Shown: positions 9,138 to 16,662 of the stretch, in pieces | How positions within the stretch are numbered: position 1 is the stretch's first letter | How the letters are laid out: the number at the start of each line of letters is the position of its first letter | DNA from: Longivirga aurantiaca | Lineage (GTDB): Bacteria; Actinomycetota; Actinomycetes; S36-B12; CAIYMF01 | Direction of reading: 5' to 3' | Assembly: GCF_042660085.1 (NCBI RefSeq) | Contig: NZ_JBHSTI010000002.1 | Span: 390,001-422,000 of the forward strand | DNA length: 32,000 bases | Position numbers and translations under genes: made by a program | Notes under the pieces: generated by a model | What the model was told of the DNA's origin: nothing | Database searches by the model: none | Seen by the model: only the letters and a program-made list of their open reading frames with translations

Positions 9138-9179
9138 TCCGAGGGCCATTGCGGTCCCGCGCGGCGAGCGACTACGGTT

Positions 9180-9195
9180 GATGAAACGTATCTAC
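9180..9195. promoter_or_regulatory. candidate operator, copy b of the 16-bp box (gatgAAACGTATCTAC)
   Basis: It carries the exact 12-mer AAACGTATCTAC (9184-9195), also present at 10175-10186. It sits just after a putative promoter: TTGCGG 9149-9154, 18-nt spacer, TACGGT 9173-9178. Confidence 0.4.
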
Positions 9196-9207
9196 AAAGG
9201 GAGCGTT

Positions 9208-10152
9208 GTGGTCGACCAGCATCCGGCATCAACTGTGGTCGTGGTCGGCGCGCTCAACGTCGACGCCGTCGTACGGGCGCCGCGGCTGCCTGCTCCCGGA
9301 GAGACGGTGGTCGGGCCGCATGTCACCTGGCACGGCGGGGGTAAGGGCGCCAATGCCGCGGTGGCCGCGGCGCGTGCCGGGGCTCGCACCCAGCTCATCG
9401 GCGCTGTCGGCGCCGATGACCAGGGCCGGTCCACGCTGCGCGAGCTGGCAGCCGAGGGAGTGGACATCGGTGGCGTCGCCAGCCTGGACGACTCCGCCAC
9501 CGGGGTGGCGCTGATCGTGGTCGACGCCCAGGCCGAGAACCAGATCGCCGTGGGCCTCGGTGCCAACGCGGACCTCACGCCCGAGTACGTCGCACGCGCG
9601 CTCGAGGGCCGGCTCCACGCGGCCGGGTGCGTCCTGGTCAGCACCGAGATCACCCCGGGCGCGGTCATCGCCGCCGTCGATGCGGCGTCGCGTGCTGGCG
9701 TGCCGGTGATCCTGAACCCGGCGCCCGTGATCGCCGCAGTCGCCCGCTGCATCAGTGGTGCCACCGTGATCACGCCGAACGAGTCCGAGGCGGACCTGCT
9801 CCTCGAGCTGATCGGCGGCAGCACGGGAGGACGTCGCGAAGAGCGGTGGAGCGAGCTGGCCGAGCGTGCCGCAGCGTCCGTCGTGGTCACGCTCGGATCG
9901 GAGGGCGTGGCGGTGGTGCAGCCGGGGGAGCCGGTGGTGGTGGTCCCCGCCCGCTCCGTGAGCGCGGTCGACACGACCGGTGCGGGGGACACGTTCAACG
10001 GCGTCCTCGCCGCGCGGGTGGCCGCGGGCGACGACCTGAGGGAGGCCGTGGCCTTCGCGGTGGCTGCGGCGAGCCTCTCGGTGACGCGCGCCGGCGCTCG
10101 TGGGGGCATGCCGACCTTCGATGCCATCGCCGCGTTCAGCGGACGCGGTTGA
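9208..10152 (+). CDS. rbsK: ribokinase
   Basis: PfkB-family motifs: GALNVDAVV, GGKGANAAVAAARAG, DTTGAGDTFNG. I prefer GTG 9208 (AAGGGAG 4 nt upstream) over the track start at 9178, which would place the AT-rich box inside the coding sequence. Confidence 0.85.
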   Translation: MVDQHPASTVVVVGALNVDAVVRAPRLPAPGETVVGPHVTWHGGGKGANAAVAAARAGARTQLIGAVGADDQGRSTLRELAAEGVDIGGVASLDDSATGVALIVVDAQAENQIAVGLGANADLTPEYVARALEGRLHAAGCVLVSTEITPGAVIAAVDAASRAGVPVILNPAPVIAAVARCISGATVITPNESEADLLLELIGGSTGGRREERWSELAERAAASVVVTLGSEGVAVVQPGEPVVVVPARSVSAVDTTGAGDTFNGVLAARVAAGDDLREAVAFAVAAASLSVTRAGARGGMPTFDAIAAFSGRG

Positions 10153-10186
10153 CACGTCGCCGCACGCATACTATAAACGTATCTAC
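10149..10186 (+). promoter_or_regulatory. putative promoter plus operator copy c upstream of the cupin operon
   Basis: TTGACA (10149-10154, overlapping the rbsK stop), 17-nt spacer, TATAAA (10172-10177). Box ctatAAACGTATCTAC at 10171-10186 overlaps the -10 and the predicted transcription start. Confidence 0.4.
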
Positions 10187-10245
10187 TCTGACCCGTGCCA
10201 GGTGAGCTGCGGGCATCGTCCGCGCCGAGCGATCAGGAGACCGCC

Positions 10246-10698
10246 ATGAGCCAGTACGACCCCGATGCGCCGATGGCGCAGAGGTACCCGCGGGTCACCA
10301 CGCCCGAGCAGATGGATGCCGCGCCGCGGCTGAAGTTCAACGACGGGATCTACACCAACATCTTCATCTCGGCCGAGGGCGAGGACGCCCGCTACTTCCG
10401 GCACGGCATCTGCTACGCCGAGCCCGGTCACAAGACCTATCGCTGGGAGCAGTGGGGCTTCGACGAGTCGCACTTCGTCCTCGAGGGCAAGGTGCGCCTG
10501 CGGGTCGAGGACGCCGACGGGCGCGTCATCTACCTCGAGGCGACGGCGGGCGAGCACATCTTCCTGCCGGCCGGCTACATCTACGAGCTCGAGGACACCG
10601 GTGGCATGAAGTTCTACTGGACCAGCGGGCCGTCCAACCGCAACGGCCTCGTCGAGGTCCCCGACTACAGCGCGACGCTGCGCGCGCAGAGGAGCTGA
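10246..10698 (+). CDS. cupin-domain protein, unknown function
   Basis: ATG 10246 preceded by AGGAGA. The 150-aa product has a cupin-like beta-barrel core (FVLEGKVRLRVEDADGRVIYLEATAGEHIFLPAGY). Confidence 0.7.
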   Translation: MSQYDPDAPMAQRYPRVTTPEQMDAAPRLKFNDGIYTNIFISAEGEDARYFRHGICYAEPGHKTYRWEQWGFDESHFVLEGKVRLRVEDADGRVIYLEATAGEHIFLPAGYIYELEDTGGMKFYWTSGPSNRNGLVEVPDYSATLRAQRS

Positions 10699-10703
10699 CC
10701 CCG

Positions 10704-11219
10704 ATGGCGATCACTGCCAGCACGACCAACCCGTTGAAGGGGGCCAAGCGCTGGGCCTACCTGGCGCGTGCCACGACGATCCGCGTCGCGACCGTCAACG
10801 ACGACGGCTCCCTCTACCTGACTCCGCTCTGGTTCGTCGTGCGCGATCAGCGCATCTTCCTGCCGCTCGACGCCGGCGGCCGTCACGGCAAGAACGGCAC
10901 GTCGGGCCGCCCCGTCTCGGCGCTGGTCGACTCCGGCGACGAGTTCGTGACCGTCGCGGGCGTCCGGATCCTGGGCCGGCTCGAGGCCGTCAACGACGAG
11001 AACGCCCACGGCGAGCTCGAGGCCCTCATGTTCGACAAGTACTTCTACGAGGGCCACCCCTACGCCCACCGCTACTTCGAGTTCGGCGAGTTCGCCGGTC
11101 GCGTCTACTACGAGCTCGTCGTCGACAAGCTCATCGGGTGGGACTCGCGCGAGACGACGGTGTCGGACACGCCCGAACGGCGGAGCCTGCCCGCCCACAT
11201 CGGCGATCGGCTGGTGTGA
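10704..11219 (+). CDS. pyridoxamine 5'-phosphate oxidase-like split-barrel flavin/deazaflavin-binding protein
   Basis: 171-aa ORF starting 5 nt after the cupin stop. ATTIRVATVNDDGSLYLTPLWFV is typical of the PNPOx-like/FDOR fold. The cofactor (FMN or F420) cannot be told from sequence. Confidence 0.75.
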   Translation: MAITASTTNPLKGAKRWAYLARATTIRVATVNDDGSLYLTPLWFVVRDQRIFLPLDAGGRHGKNGTSGRPVSALVDSGDEFVTVAGVRILGRLEAVNDENAHGELEALMFDKYFYEGHPYAHRYFEFGEFAGRVYYELVVDKLIGWDSRETTVSDTPERRSLPAHIGDRLV

Positions 11220-11221
11220 GC

Positions 11222-11980
11222 ATGGCAACGGGGCTTCGGGTCCTGGTCGTCGGAGAGTCCTGGATCAAGCACACGATCCACATGAAGGGCTTCGACCAGT
11301 TCCACAACACGTCCTACGAGGAAGGCGCCGGCGTCTTCCTCGATGCGCTGGACGCGAGCGGGTTCGACGTGACGTACATCCGTGCGCACGAGGTCTCGTC
11401 GCGCTTCCCCACCACGATGGAGGAGCTCCAGGCTTTCGACGTGGTCGTGGTGAGCGACGTCGGGTCGAACACCTTCCTGCTCTGCGACGAGACGTTCCTC
11501 AGGTCGGAGAGGGCTGTGAACCGGCTCGAGCTCCTGGCCGACTACGTCCGCGCAGGCGGAGGGCTCGTCATGGTCGGCGGCTACCTCACGTTCACGGGCA
11601 TCGACGGCAAGGGTCGCTACGGGATGTCGCCGCTGGCTGACGTGCTTCCGTGCACCCTCATGCCGACCGACGATCGCGTGGAGAAGCCGCAGGGTGTGAC
11701 GCCGTCGTTCGACGACCTCGCCCACCCGCTGCTCTCCGCAGCACCCACGCCCTGGCCCGACCTGCTGGGCTACAACCGCATGACCCCGAACCCGGGAACC
11801 GACGTCGTGGCGCGGGTAGGTGATGACCCGCTGGTCGTTCTGGGACAGGTAGAGTCGGGCCGCTCGGCCGTCTTCACGTCGGACCTCGCACCTCACTGGG
11901 CGCCACCGGAGTTCCTCGAATGGTCCGGGTACCGCCCCCTGTGGGAGGCGTTGCTGACCTGGACGGCCGGCAAGTCCTAA
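11222..11980 (+). CDS. class-I glutamine amidotransferase-like protein (DUF1355 / putative GATase family)
   Basis: 252-aa ORF starting 2 nt after the previous stop. VLVVGESW..H.KGFD, VVVVSDVGSNTFLL, GGGLVMVGGYLTFTGIDGKGRY and FTSDLAPHWAP match my memory of the PF07090-type family. Confidence 0.7.
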   Translation: MATGLRVLVVGESWIKHTIHMKGFDQFHNTSYEEGAGVFLDALDASGFDVTYIRAHEVSSRFPTTMEELQAFDVVVVSDVGSNTFLLCDETFLRSERAVNRLELLADYVRAGGGLVMVGGYLTFTGIDGKGRYGMSPLADVLPCTLMPTDDRVEKPQGVTPSFDDLAHPLLSAAPTPWPDLLGYNRMTPNPGTDVVARVGDDPLVVLGQVESGRSAVFTSDLAPHWAPPEFLEWSGYRPLWEALLTWTAGKS

Positions 11981-12006
11981 GAGCGCCTCACGTCGGAAGG
12001 CTCACC

Positions 12007-13047
12007 GTGGCCGAGAGCAGGACCAGGCCCACCATGAAGGATGTGGCTCGGCATGCATCCGTCTCGGTGAGCACGGTCTCCTACGTCCTGAACGGGACCG
12101 GCCCGGTCAGCCAGGAGCGCCGCGAGCGGGTGCTCGAGGCCGTCAAGATGCTCAGCTACACGCCCAACGAGGCGGCGCGCGGTCTGCGGCAGCGCAGCGC
12201 GCCGACGGTGGGGCTGATCGTCCCGGACCTGACCAACCCCTACTTCGCCATGATCGCCGAGGGAGTGGAGCGGTACTCCTCGGAACGCGATGCCCTGGTC
12301 GTCCTGTGCGCCCCCGAGGTCGCGGGAACCAGTTCGAGCGAGCCGACGACCACCCGGCTCCTGCGCAGCCAGCGGCTCTCGGGGTGCATCTTCCTGTCCG
12401 GCGCATCGGCCGTGCCGCGGTCGCTCATGGAGCTGACCGAGCTCGGGCCCGTCGTGCTCGTGGACGAGCTGCTCCCCGGCTTCGGCCTCCCCGCAGTCGT
12501 GTCCGACAACCGCTCGGGTGCGCGTGCCGTGGCCGCGCATGTGCTGTCCATGGGTCACCGCCGGGTCGGCATCATCGGCGGCCCCTCGACGTTGTGGTCC
12601 TCGCACCAGAGGCTTGCCGGCTACCGGGAGGCGTTTGCGTCGGGCGGCATCGAGCCGGACTCGATCCCGCTGGAGGTCGGCGACTACCGCCAGGAGTCCG
12701 GCTTCGACGCCGCTCGGCTGCTCATGGCACGCTCCGCGGGCTCCGACCGCATCACCGCGCTCGTGTGCGCCAACGACCTGATGGCCGTCGGCGCCATCGA
12801 GTACCTCCGCTCGCAGTCCCTCCGCGTGCCCGAGGACGTCAGCGTGGTCGGGTTCGACGACGTGCCGTTCGCGCGCTCTCTCACGCCGCGCCTCACCACC
12901 GTGCGACAGCCGGCGCACGACATGGGTGCTCGGGCCGCCGAGCTGCTGTTCTCGCTCCTCGAGAACCCCGACATGTCGCCCCCCGACTACGAGCCGCTCC
13001 CCGTCGAGCTCATGGTCCGCGACTCGGTGCAGCCCCCCCGGGCCTAG
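12007..13047 (+). CDS. LacI-family transcriptional regulator
   Basis: N-terminal HTH (TMKDVARHASVSVSTVSYVLNG, YTPNEAARGLR) and a periplasmic-binding-protein-like effector domain (VVGFDDVPFA). GTG 12007 has GGAAGG 6 nt upstream. Alternative start: ATG 12034. Confidence 0.9.
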   Translation: MAESRTRPTMKDVARHASVSVSTVSYVLNGTGPVSQERRERVLEAVKMLSYTPNEAARGLRQRSAPTVGLIVPDLTNPYFAMIAEGVERYSSERDALVVLCAPEVAGTSSSEPTTTRLLRSQRLSGCIFLSGASAVPRSLMELTELGPVVLVDELLPGFGLPAVVSDNRSGARAVAAHVLSMGHRRVGIIGGPSTLWSSHQRLAGYREAFASGGIEPDSIPLEVGDYRQESGFDAARLLMARSAGSDRITALVCANDLMAVGAIEYLRSQSLRVPEDVSVVGFDDVPFARSLTPRLTTVRQPAHDMGARAAELLFSLLENPDMSPPDYEPLPVELMVRDSVQPPRA

Positions 13048-13159
13048 CGCACACCTCCCGTGCACCGCGACGGTCGCATCCGACGAGCGCTCGCGTGCTC
13101 GGACGCGCCGCGGTGTCGGCGGCATCGCCCCAATTTACCCAAACGTAGCGCGCAGGGTC

Positions 13160-13188
13160 TTGACGCGTCGACTAGAACCGTTAATAGT
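13160..13188 (+). promoter_or_regulatory. putative nadV promoter
   Basis: TTGACG (13160-13165) followed 16-17 nt later by TAATAGT (13182-13188), in a locally AT-rich stretch. This predicts a leader of about 100 nt. Confidence 0.3.
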
Positions 13189-13251
13189 TGCCCCAGTGCT
13201 TCAGGGCCACTGCTGCTCTAACCCCCTTCGCTGTAGGCGATTCCGCACTCT

Positions 13252-13272
13252 GAGTCGAAATAGAAACGACTC
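13252..13272 (+). promoter_or_regulatory. leader hairpin next to the nadV ribosome-binding site
   Basis: GAGTCG (13252-13257), loop aaatagaaa, CGACTC (13267-13272). It ends 3 nt before the SD AAGGAGG (13276-13282). Confidence 0.35.
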
Positions 13273-13292
13273 AACAAGGAGGTGCCCTCCCC

Positions 13293-14747
13293 ATGGGCCG
13301 GAGTTCTGCGTTCGACAACATCATCATCAACACGGACAACTACAAGCACTGTCACTACTCGCTGTACCCGCCGGGCACCGAGTACGTGTCGAGCTACATC
13401 GAGTCCCGGGGTGGAGAGTTCCCGTCGACGATGTTCGTCGGCCTGCAGGCCTTCATCCGCGAGTACTTGATGCACCCGATCACCCTCGAGGACATCGACG
13501 AGGCGGAGTTCATCGTCCGCGAGCAGGGTATGCACTTCAACCGTGACAACTGGATGGGCATCCTCAACGACCACGGCGGCTTCCTGCCCGTCGAGATCGA
13601 GGCGGTGCCCGAGGGCACGGTCCTGCCGCCCCGCAACGTTCTCGTGCAGCTCATCAACACCGACCCCAAGTACTTCTGGGTGACGAGCTTCTTCGAGACC
13701 GCCCTGCTCCGTGCGGTGTGGTACCCGACGACCATCGGCTCGATCTCGTGGCTGTCCAAGCAGGTCATTCGCGAGGCCCTGGACAAGACGTCGGACAACC
13801 CGCAGCTGCTGCGCTACATGCTCCACGACTACGGCGCACGTGGAGTGAGCTCGCAGCAGTCGGCGTCGCTGGGCGGTCTCGCCCACCTGGTGAACTTCGA
13901 CCAGAGCGACACCGTCCCCGGCATCCTCGCCGCGAAGAAGTACTACAACGCGCAGAAGGTCTCGAACTCCGGTCCCAACTCCGAGCACGCAGGATTCTGC
14001 GCCTGGGGTCAGGAGCACGAGGCCGCGGCCATGAAGAACATGCTCGAGACGTACAAGGACAACGGCGTCGTCCTTCTGCTCACCGACACCTATGACCACG
14101 AGCACGCGGTCAAGCACATCATCGGCGGCGAGCTCAAGGAGATGGTGGAGAACTTCCCCGGGCTCGTGGGCATCCGTCCCGACTCGGGCGACGTCGTCCA
14201 GGTCACGTCGGACACCACCGAGTGGCTGATGGACATCTTCGGCTACACCACGAACAGCAAGGGCTACAAGGTCCTCCCGAACTTCGTGCGCGTCGTGCAG
14301 GGTGACGGTGTCACCTTCTACTCGCTGCCCGAGGTCTACATGGAGATGGAGCGCCGCGGCCTCTCGACCGAGAACGCCGTGTTCGGCATGGGTGGGGGCC
14401 TGCTCCAGCACCACAACCGTGACACGATGAACTTCGGCCAGAAGGCGAGCTCCGTCCGGATCAACGGCGAGTGGCGGGACATCGCCAAGTCGCCCACGGG
14501 GTCGGAGTTCAAGGTCTCGAAGAAGGGGCGTCTGGCTCTGGTCCACAAGGACGGCGAGTGCGCCACCGTCCTGCGCGACAGCGTCGCGCCGGAGGAGAAC
14601 CTGCTCAAGCCGGTGTTCCGCAACGGGCAGCTGCTCAAGAAGTGGGACTTCACCGAGCTCATCGAGCGGAGCGAGCAGCCCGTGCCGGAGTCGTACTACC
14701 TGGACATCGTCGCGAAGATGCGCGAATCGTTCAACCGGGCGAAGTGA
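13293..14747 (+). CDS. nadV: nicotinamide phosphoribosyltransferase (NAMPT/NadV)
   Basis: 484-aa ORF. The N-terminal NIIINTDNYKHCHY (TDxYK motif), the length, and HDYGARGVSS / RPDSGD segments are typical of NadV. Confidence 0.9.
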   Translation: MGRSSAFDNIIINTDNYKHCHYSLYPPGTEYVSSYIESRGGEFPSTMFVGLQAFIREYLMHPITLEDIDEAEFIVREQGMHFNRDNWMGILNDHGGFLPVEIEAVPEGTVLPPRNVLVQLINTDPKYFWVTSFFETALLRAVWYPTTIGSISWLSKQVIREALDKTSDNPQLLRYMLHDYGARGVSSQQSASLGGLAHLVNFDQSDTVPGILAAKKYYNAQKVSNSGPNSEHAGFCAWGQEHEAAAMKNMLETYKDNGVVLLLTDTYDHEHAVKHIIGGELKEMVENFPGLVGIRPDSGDVVQVTSDTTEWLMDIFGYTTNSKGYKVLPNFVRVVQGDGVTFYSLPEVYMEMERRGLSTENAVFGMGGGLLQHHNRDTMNFGQKASSVRINGEWRDIAKSPTGSEFKVSKKGRLALVHKDGECATVLRDSVAPEENLLKPVFRNGQLLKKWDFTELIERSEQPVPESYYLDIVAKMRESFNRAK

Positions 14748-14758
14748 GCAGCTAGCGG

Positions 14759-15436
14759 ATGACTGACGACGGAACCGGCCAGCAGGCGCGCGCGCTCCAC
14801 GTCTTCGACATGGACGGCACCCTGCTGGCCGGCTCCGCGTGCTTGGATCTCTCAGCCCGTGCCGGCTACCTCTCCTCGGTGGAGGAGATGGAGGACGCGT
14901 GGGGCCGCGGCGAGATCGGTCACGTGGAGTTCTACGACCTGCTGATCCCGCTGTGGTCCGAGCTCACTCACGAGGATGTCGACGAGACCTTCGCCAAGGC
15001 GGGGTGGATCGAGGGTCTTCGCGAGGTGCTCGCGGACATCCGCAGCCGTGGTGAGCGCAGCGCCGTCGTCTCCCTGTCGCCGCACTTCTTCGTGCGGCGG
15101 CTGCAGGCATGGGGCCTCGACTACGCCTACGGCGCCGGAGTCGAGATCGGGGAACCGGTTCTCCCAGAACGGGTGTACGTCCCCGAGACCAAGGTGACCG
15201 TCGTGGCCGACCTCCTCGCAGAGCTGCGGCTCGGCGCGGACCGGTGCGTCGTGTACGGGGACTCGTCCTCCGATGTTCCGCTCTTCCAGCGGTTCCCCAA
15301 CAGCATCGCCGTCAATGCGAGCAGCTCCTTGCTGCCCTTCGCGCACGTCACCTACGAAGGCCCGGACCTCGCGAGCGCGTACGCCCTCGGGCGTTCGCTG
15401 CTGGGGGACGAGGCCGAGGAGCCCCCCCAGCCATGA
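14759..15436 (+). CDS. HAD-superfamily hydrolase (HAD-IB / phosphoserine-phosphatase-like), substrate unknown
   Basis: 225-aa ORF with motif I FDMDGTLL, motif II-like VVSLSP, and motif IV YGDSSSDVPLF. Confidence 0.8.
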   Translation: MTDDGTGQQARALHVFDMDGTLLAGSACLDLSARAGYLSSVEEMEDAWGRGEIGHVEFYDLLIPLWSELTHEDVDETFAKAGWIEGLREVLADIRSRGERSAVVSLSPHFFVRRLQAWGLDYAYGAGVEIGEPVLPERVYVPETKVTVVADLLAELRLGADRCVVYGDSSSDVPLFQRFPNSIAVNASSSLLPFAHVTYEGPDLASAYALGRSLLGDEAEEPPQP

Positions 15437-16461
15437 GCCCGACCAGCAGCGCCACGCTGCTCCCACCCGGCCACCGGATCCCCGTCGCGCACCGCGACAT
15501 GAAGATCTTCGGAGGGCGGTCGAACCCCCGGCTGGCGGAGGAGATCGGGGTCCGTCTCGGTGTCGGTCTCAGCCCCGTGACGCTGCGCTCGTTCTCCGGC
15601 GGGGAGGTCTACTGCCGATACGAGGAGTCGATCCGCGGCTCGGACGTCTTCCTCATCCAGTCGCTGAGCGCGAACGCCGAGTCGGGCATCGGGACGAACG
15701 ATGCTCTGGCAGAGCTGCTCGTGATGATCGATGCAGCGAAGGGTGCCAGCGCGCACAGGGTGACCGCGGTCGTCCCATGGTTCGGCTACTCGCGCCAGGA
15801 CAAGAAGAGCGCAGCCCGCGAACCGATCAGCGCCCGCCTGATGGCGCGGATCCTGGAAGCCTCAGGCGCCGACCGCGTGCTGACGATGGATCTGCACGCA
15901 CCACAGATCCAGGGGATGTTCCAGATCCCGGTGGATCACATGACTGCCTCGTTGGCGCTCAGCGACCACATCCTGCAGCTGCAGCTCCAGGACGACCTCG
16001 TGGTGGTCGCCCCGGATGCTGGTCGCGGCAAGCATGCACGGGCGTTCGCGACCATGGTGGGTGCAGGCTTCGCCATCCTGGACAAGCAGCGGCCGGCCCA
16101 GCAGCAGGCCGAGATCGGTTACGTCATCGGAGACGTCGAAGGCAAGACCGCGATCGTGGTCGACGACATCATCGACACTGCCGGCACCATCCGGGCGGCG
16201 GCAGACGCGGTGCTCGGTGCGGGGGCCAACCGCGTCCATGTGGTTGCCACGCACGGGGTCTTCAGCGGCAAGGCGTACGAGAACATCGCCTCGTCGGGCG
16301 TCGAGCGGTTCTTCGTGACCGACACGATCGCCGCACCGCCCGGCGTTCCGCCGAACGTCGAGATCATCTCGTGCGCCGACGTGCTCGCCGAGTCGATGGT
16401 GCAGATCTTCACGTGCGGATCGGTGAGCGCGGTCTTCCGAGGCCACAACCATGTCTACTGA
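15433..16461 (+). CDS. prs: ribose-phosphate pyrophosphokinase (PRPP synthase)
   Basis: ATG 15433 overlaps the HAD stop (ATGA). Canonical class I Prs motifs: FSGGEV, PWFGYSRQDKK, MDLHAPQIQGMFQIPVDH, VVDDIIDTAGT, THGVFSG. Alternative start: ATG 15499 (MKIFGG). Confidence 0.9.
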   Translation: MSPTSSATLLPPGHRIPVAHRDMKIFGGRSNPRLAEEIGVRLGVGLSPVTLRSFSGGEVYCRYEESIRGSDVFLIQSLSANAESGIGTNDALAELLVMIDAAKGASAHRVTAVVPWFGYSRQDKKSAAREPISARLMARILEASGADRVLTMDLHAPQIQGMFQIPVDHMTASLALSDHILQLQLQDDLVVVAPDAGRGKHARAFATMVGAGFAILDKQRPAQQQAEIGYVIGDVEGKTAIVVDDIIDTAGTIRAAADAVLGAGANRVHVVATHGVFSGKAYENIASSGVERFFVTDTIAAPPGVPPNVEIISCADVLAESMVQIFTCGSVSAVFRGHNHVY

Positions 16462-16662
16462 CCCGGCGGATGCAGCTCGCCACGTAGGTCGCAGCAGCCA
16501 CCCTCCCCTCGTGGCCGTCCGTCCGGCCATGCCCGGCCTGGGACTGGCCCTCCTGGCCGTGCGTGGTGCCGCCACTGCGTCGCCAGCGCGGGCCCGACTG
16601 TTCCCAGCCATGGCTCTGGGGCTGCGCCGTCGTCGCGCCGTCCGACCGGGGTGACCCCCGCG

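Noticed and set aside
9178-9207. Longer rbsK start (TTG 9178 / ATG 9181, MMKRIYKGSV...)
   Set aside because: This segment is AT-rich, contains the 16-bp box and the SD AAGGGAG, and would add an atypical N-terminus. GTG 9208 fits better. A start at ATG 9181 cannot be fully excluded.
13293-16461. Phage-like NAD+ reconstitution pathway (a NAMPT homologue acting as nicotinamide ADP-ribose transferase plus a Prs homologue acting as ADP-ribose pyrophosphokinase)
   Set aside because: The Prs here keeps the canonical class I PRPP synthase motifs almost verbatim (PWFGYSRQDKK, DLHAPQIQGMFQIPVD, VDDIIDTAGT). The setting is chromosomal with metabolic neighbours and no phage genes. Only enzymology could exclude it completely.
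16451-16654. 67-aa small ORF between prs and the nucleoside hydrolase as a real gene
   Set aside because: Third-position G+C is visibly lower than in neighbouring genes, the peptide is Arg/Ala/Pro-rich, and there is no SD. I kept it only as one explanation for the spacer finding.
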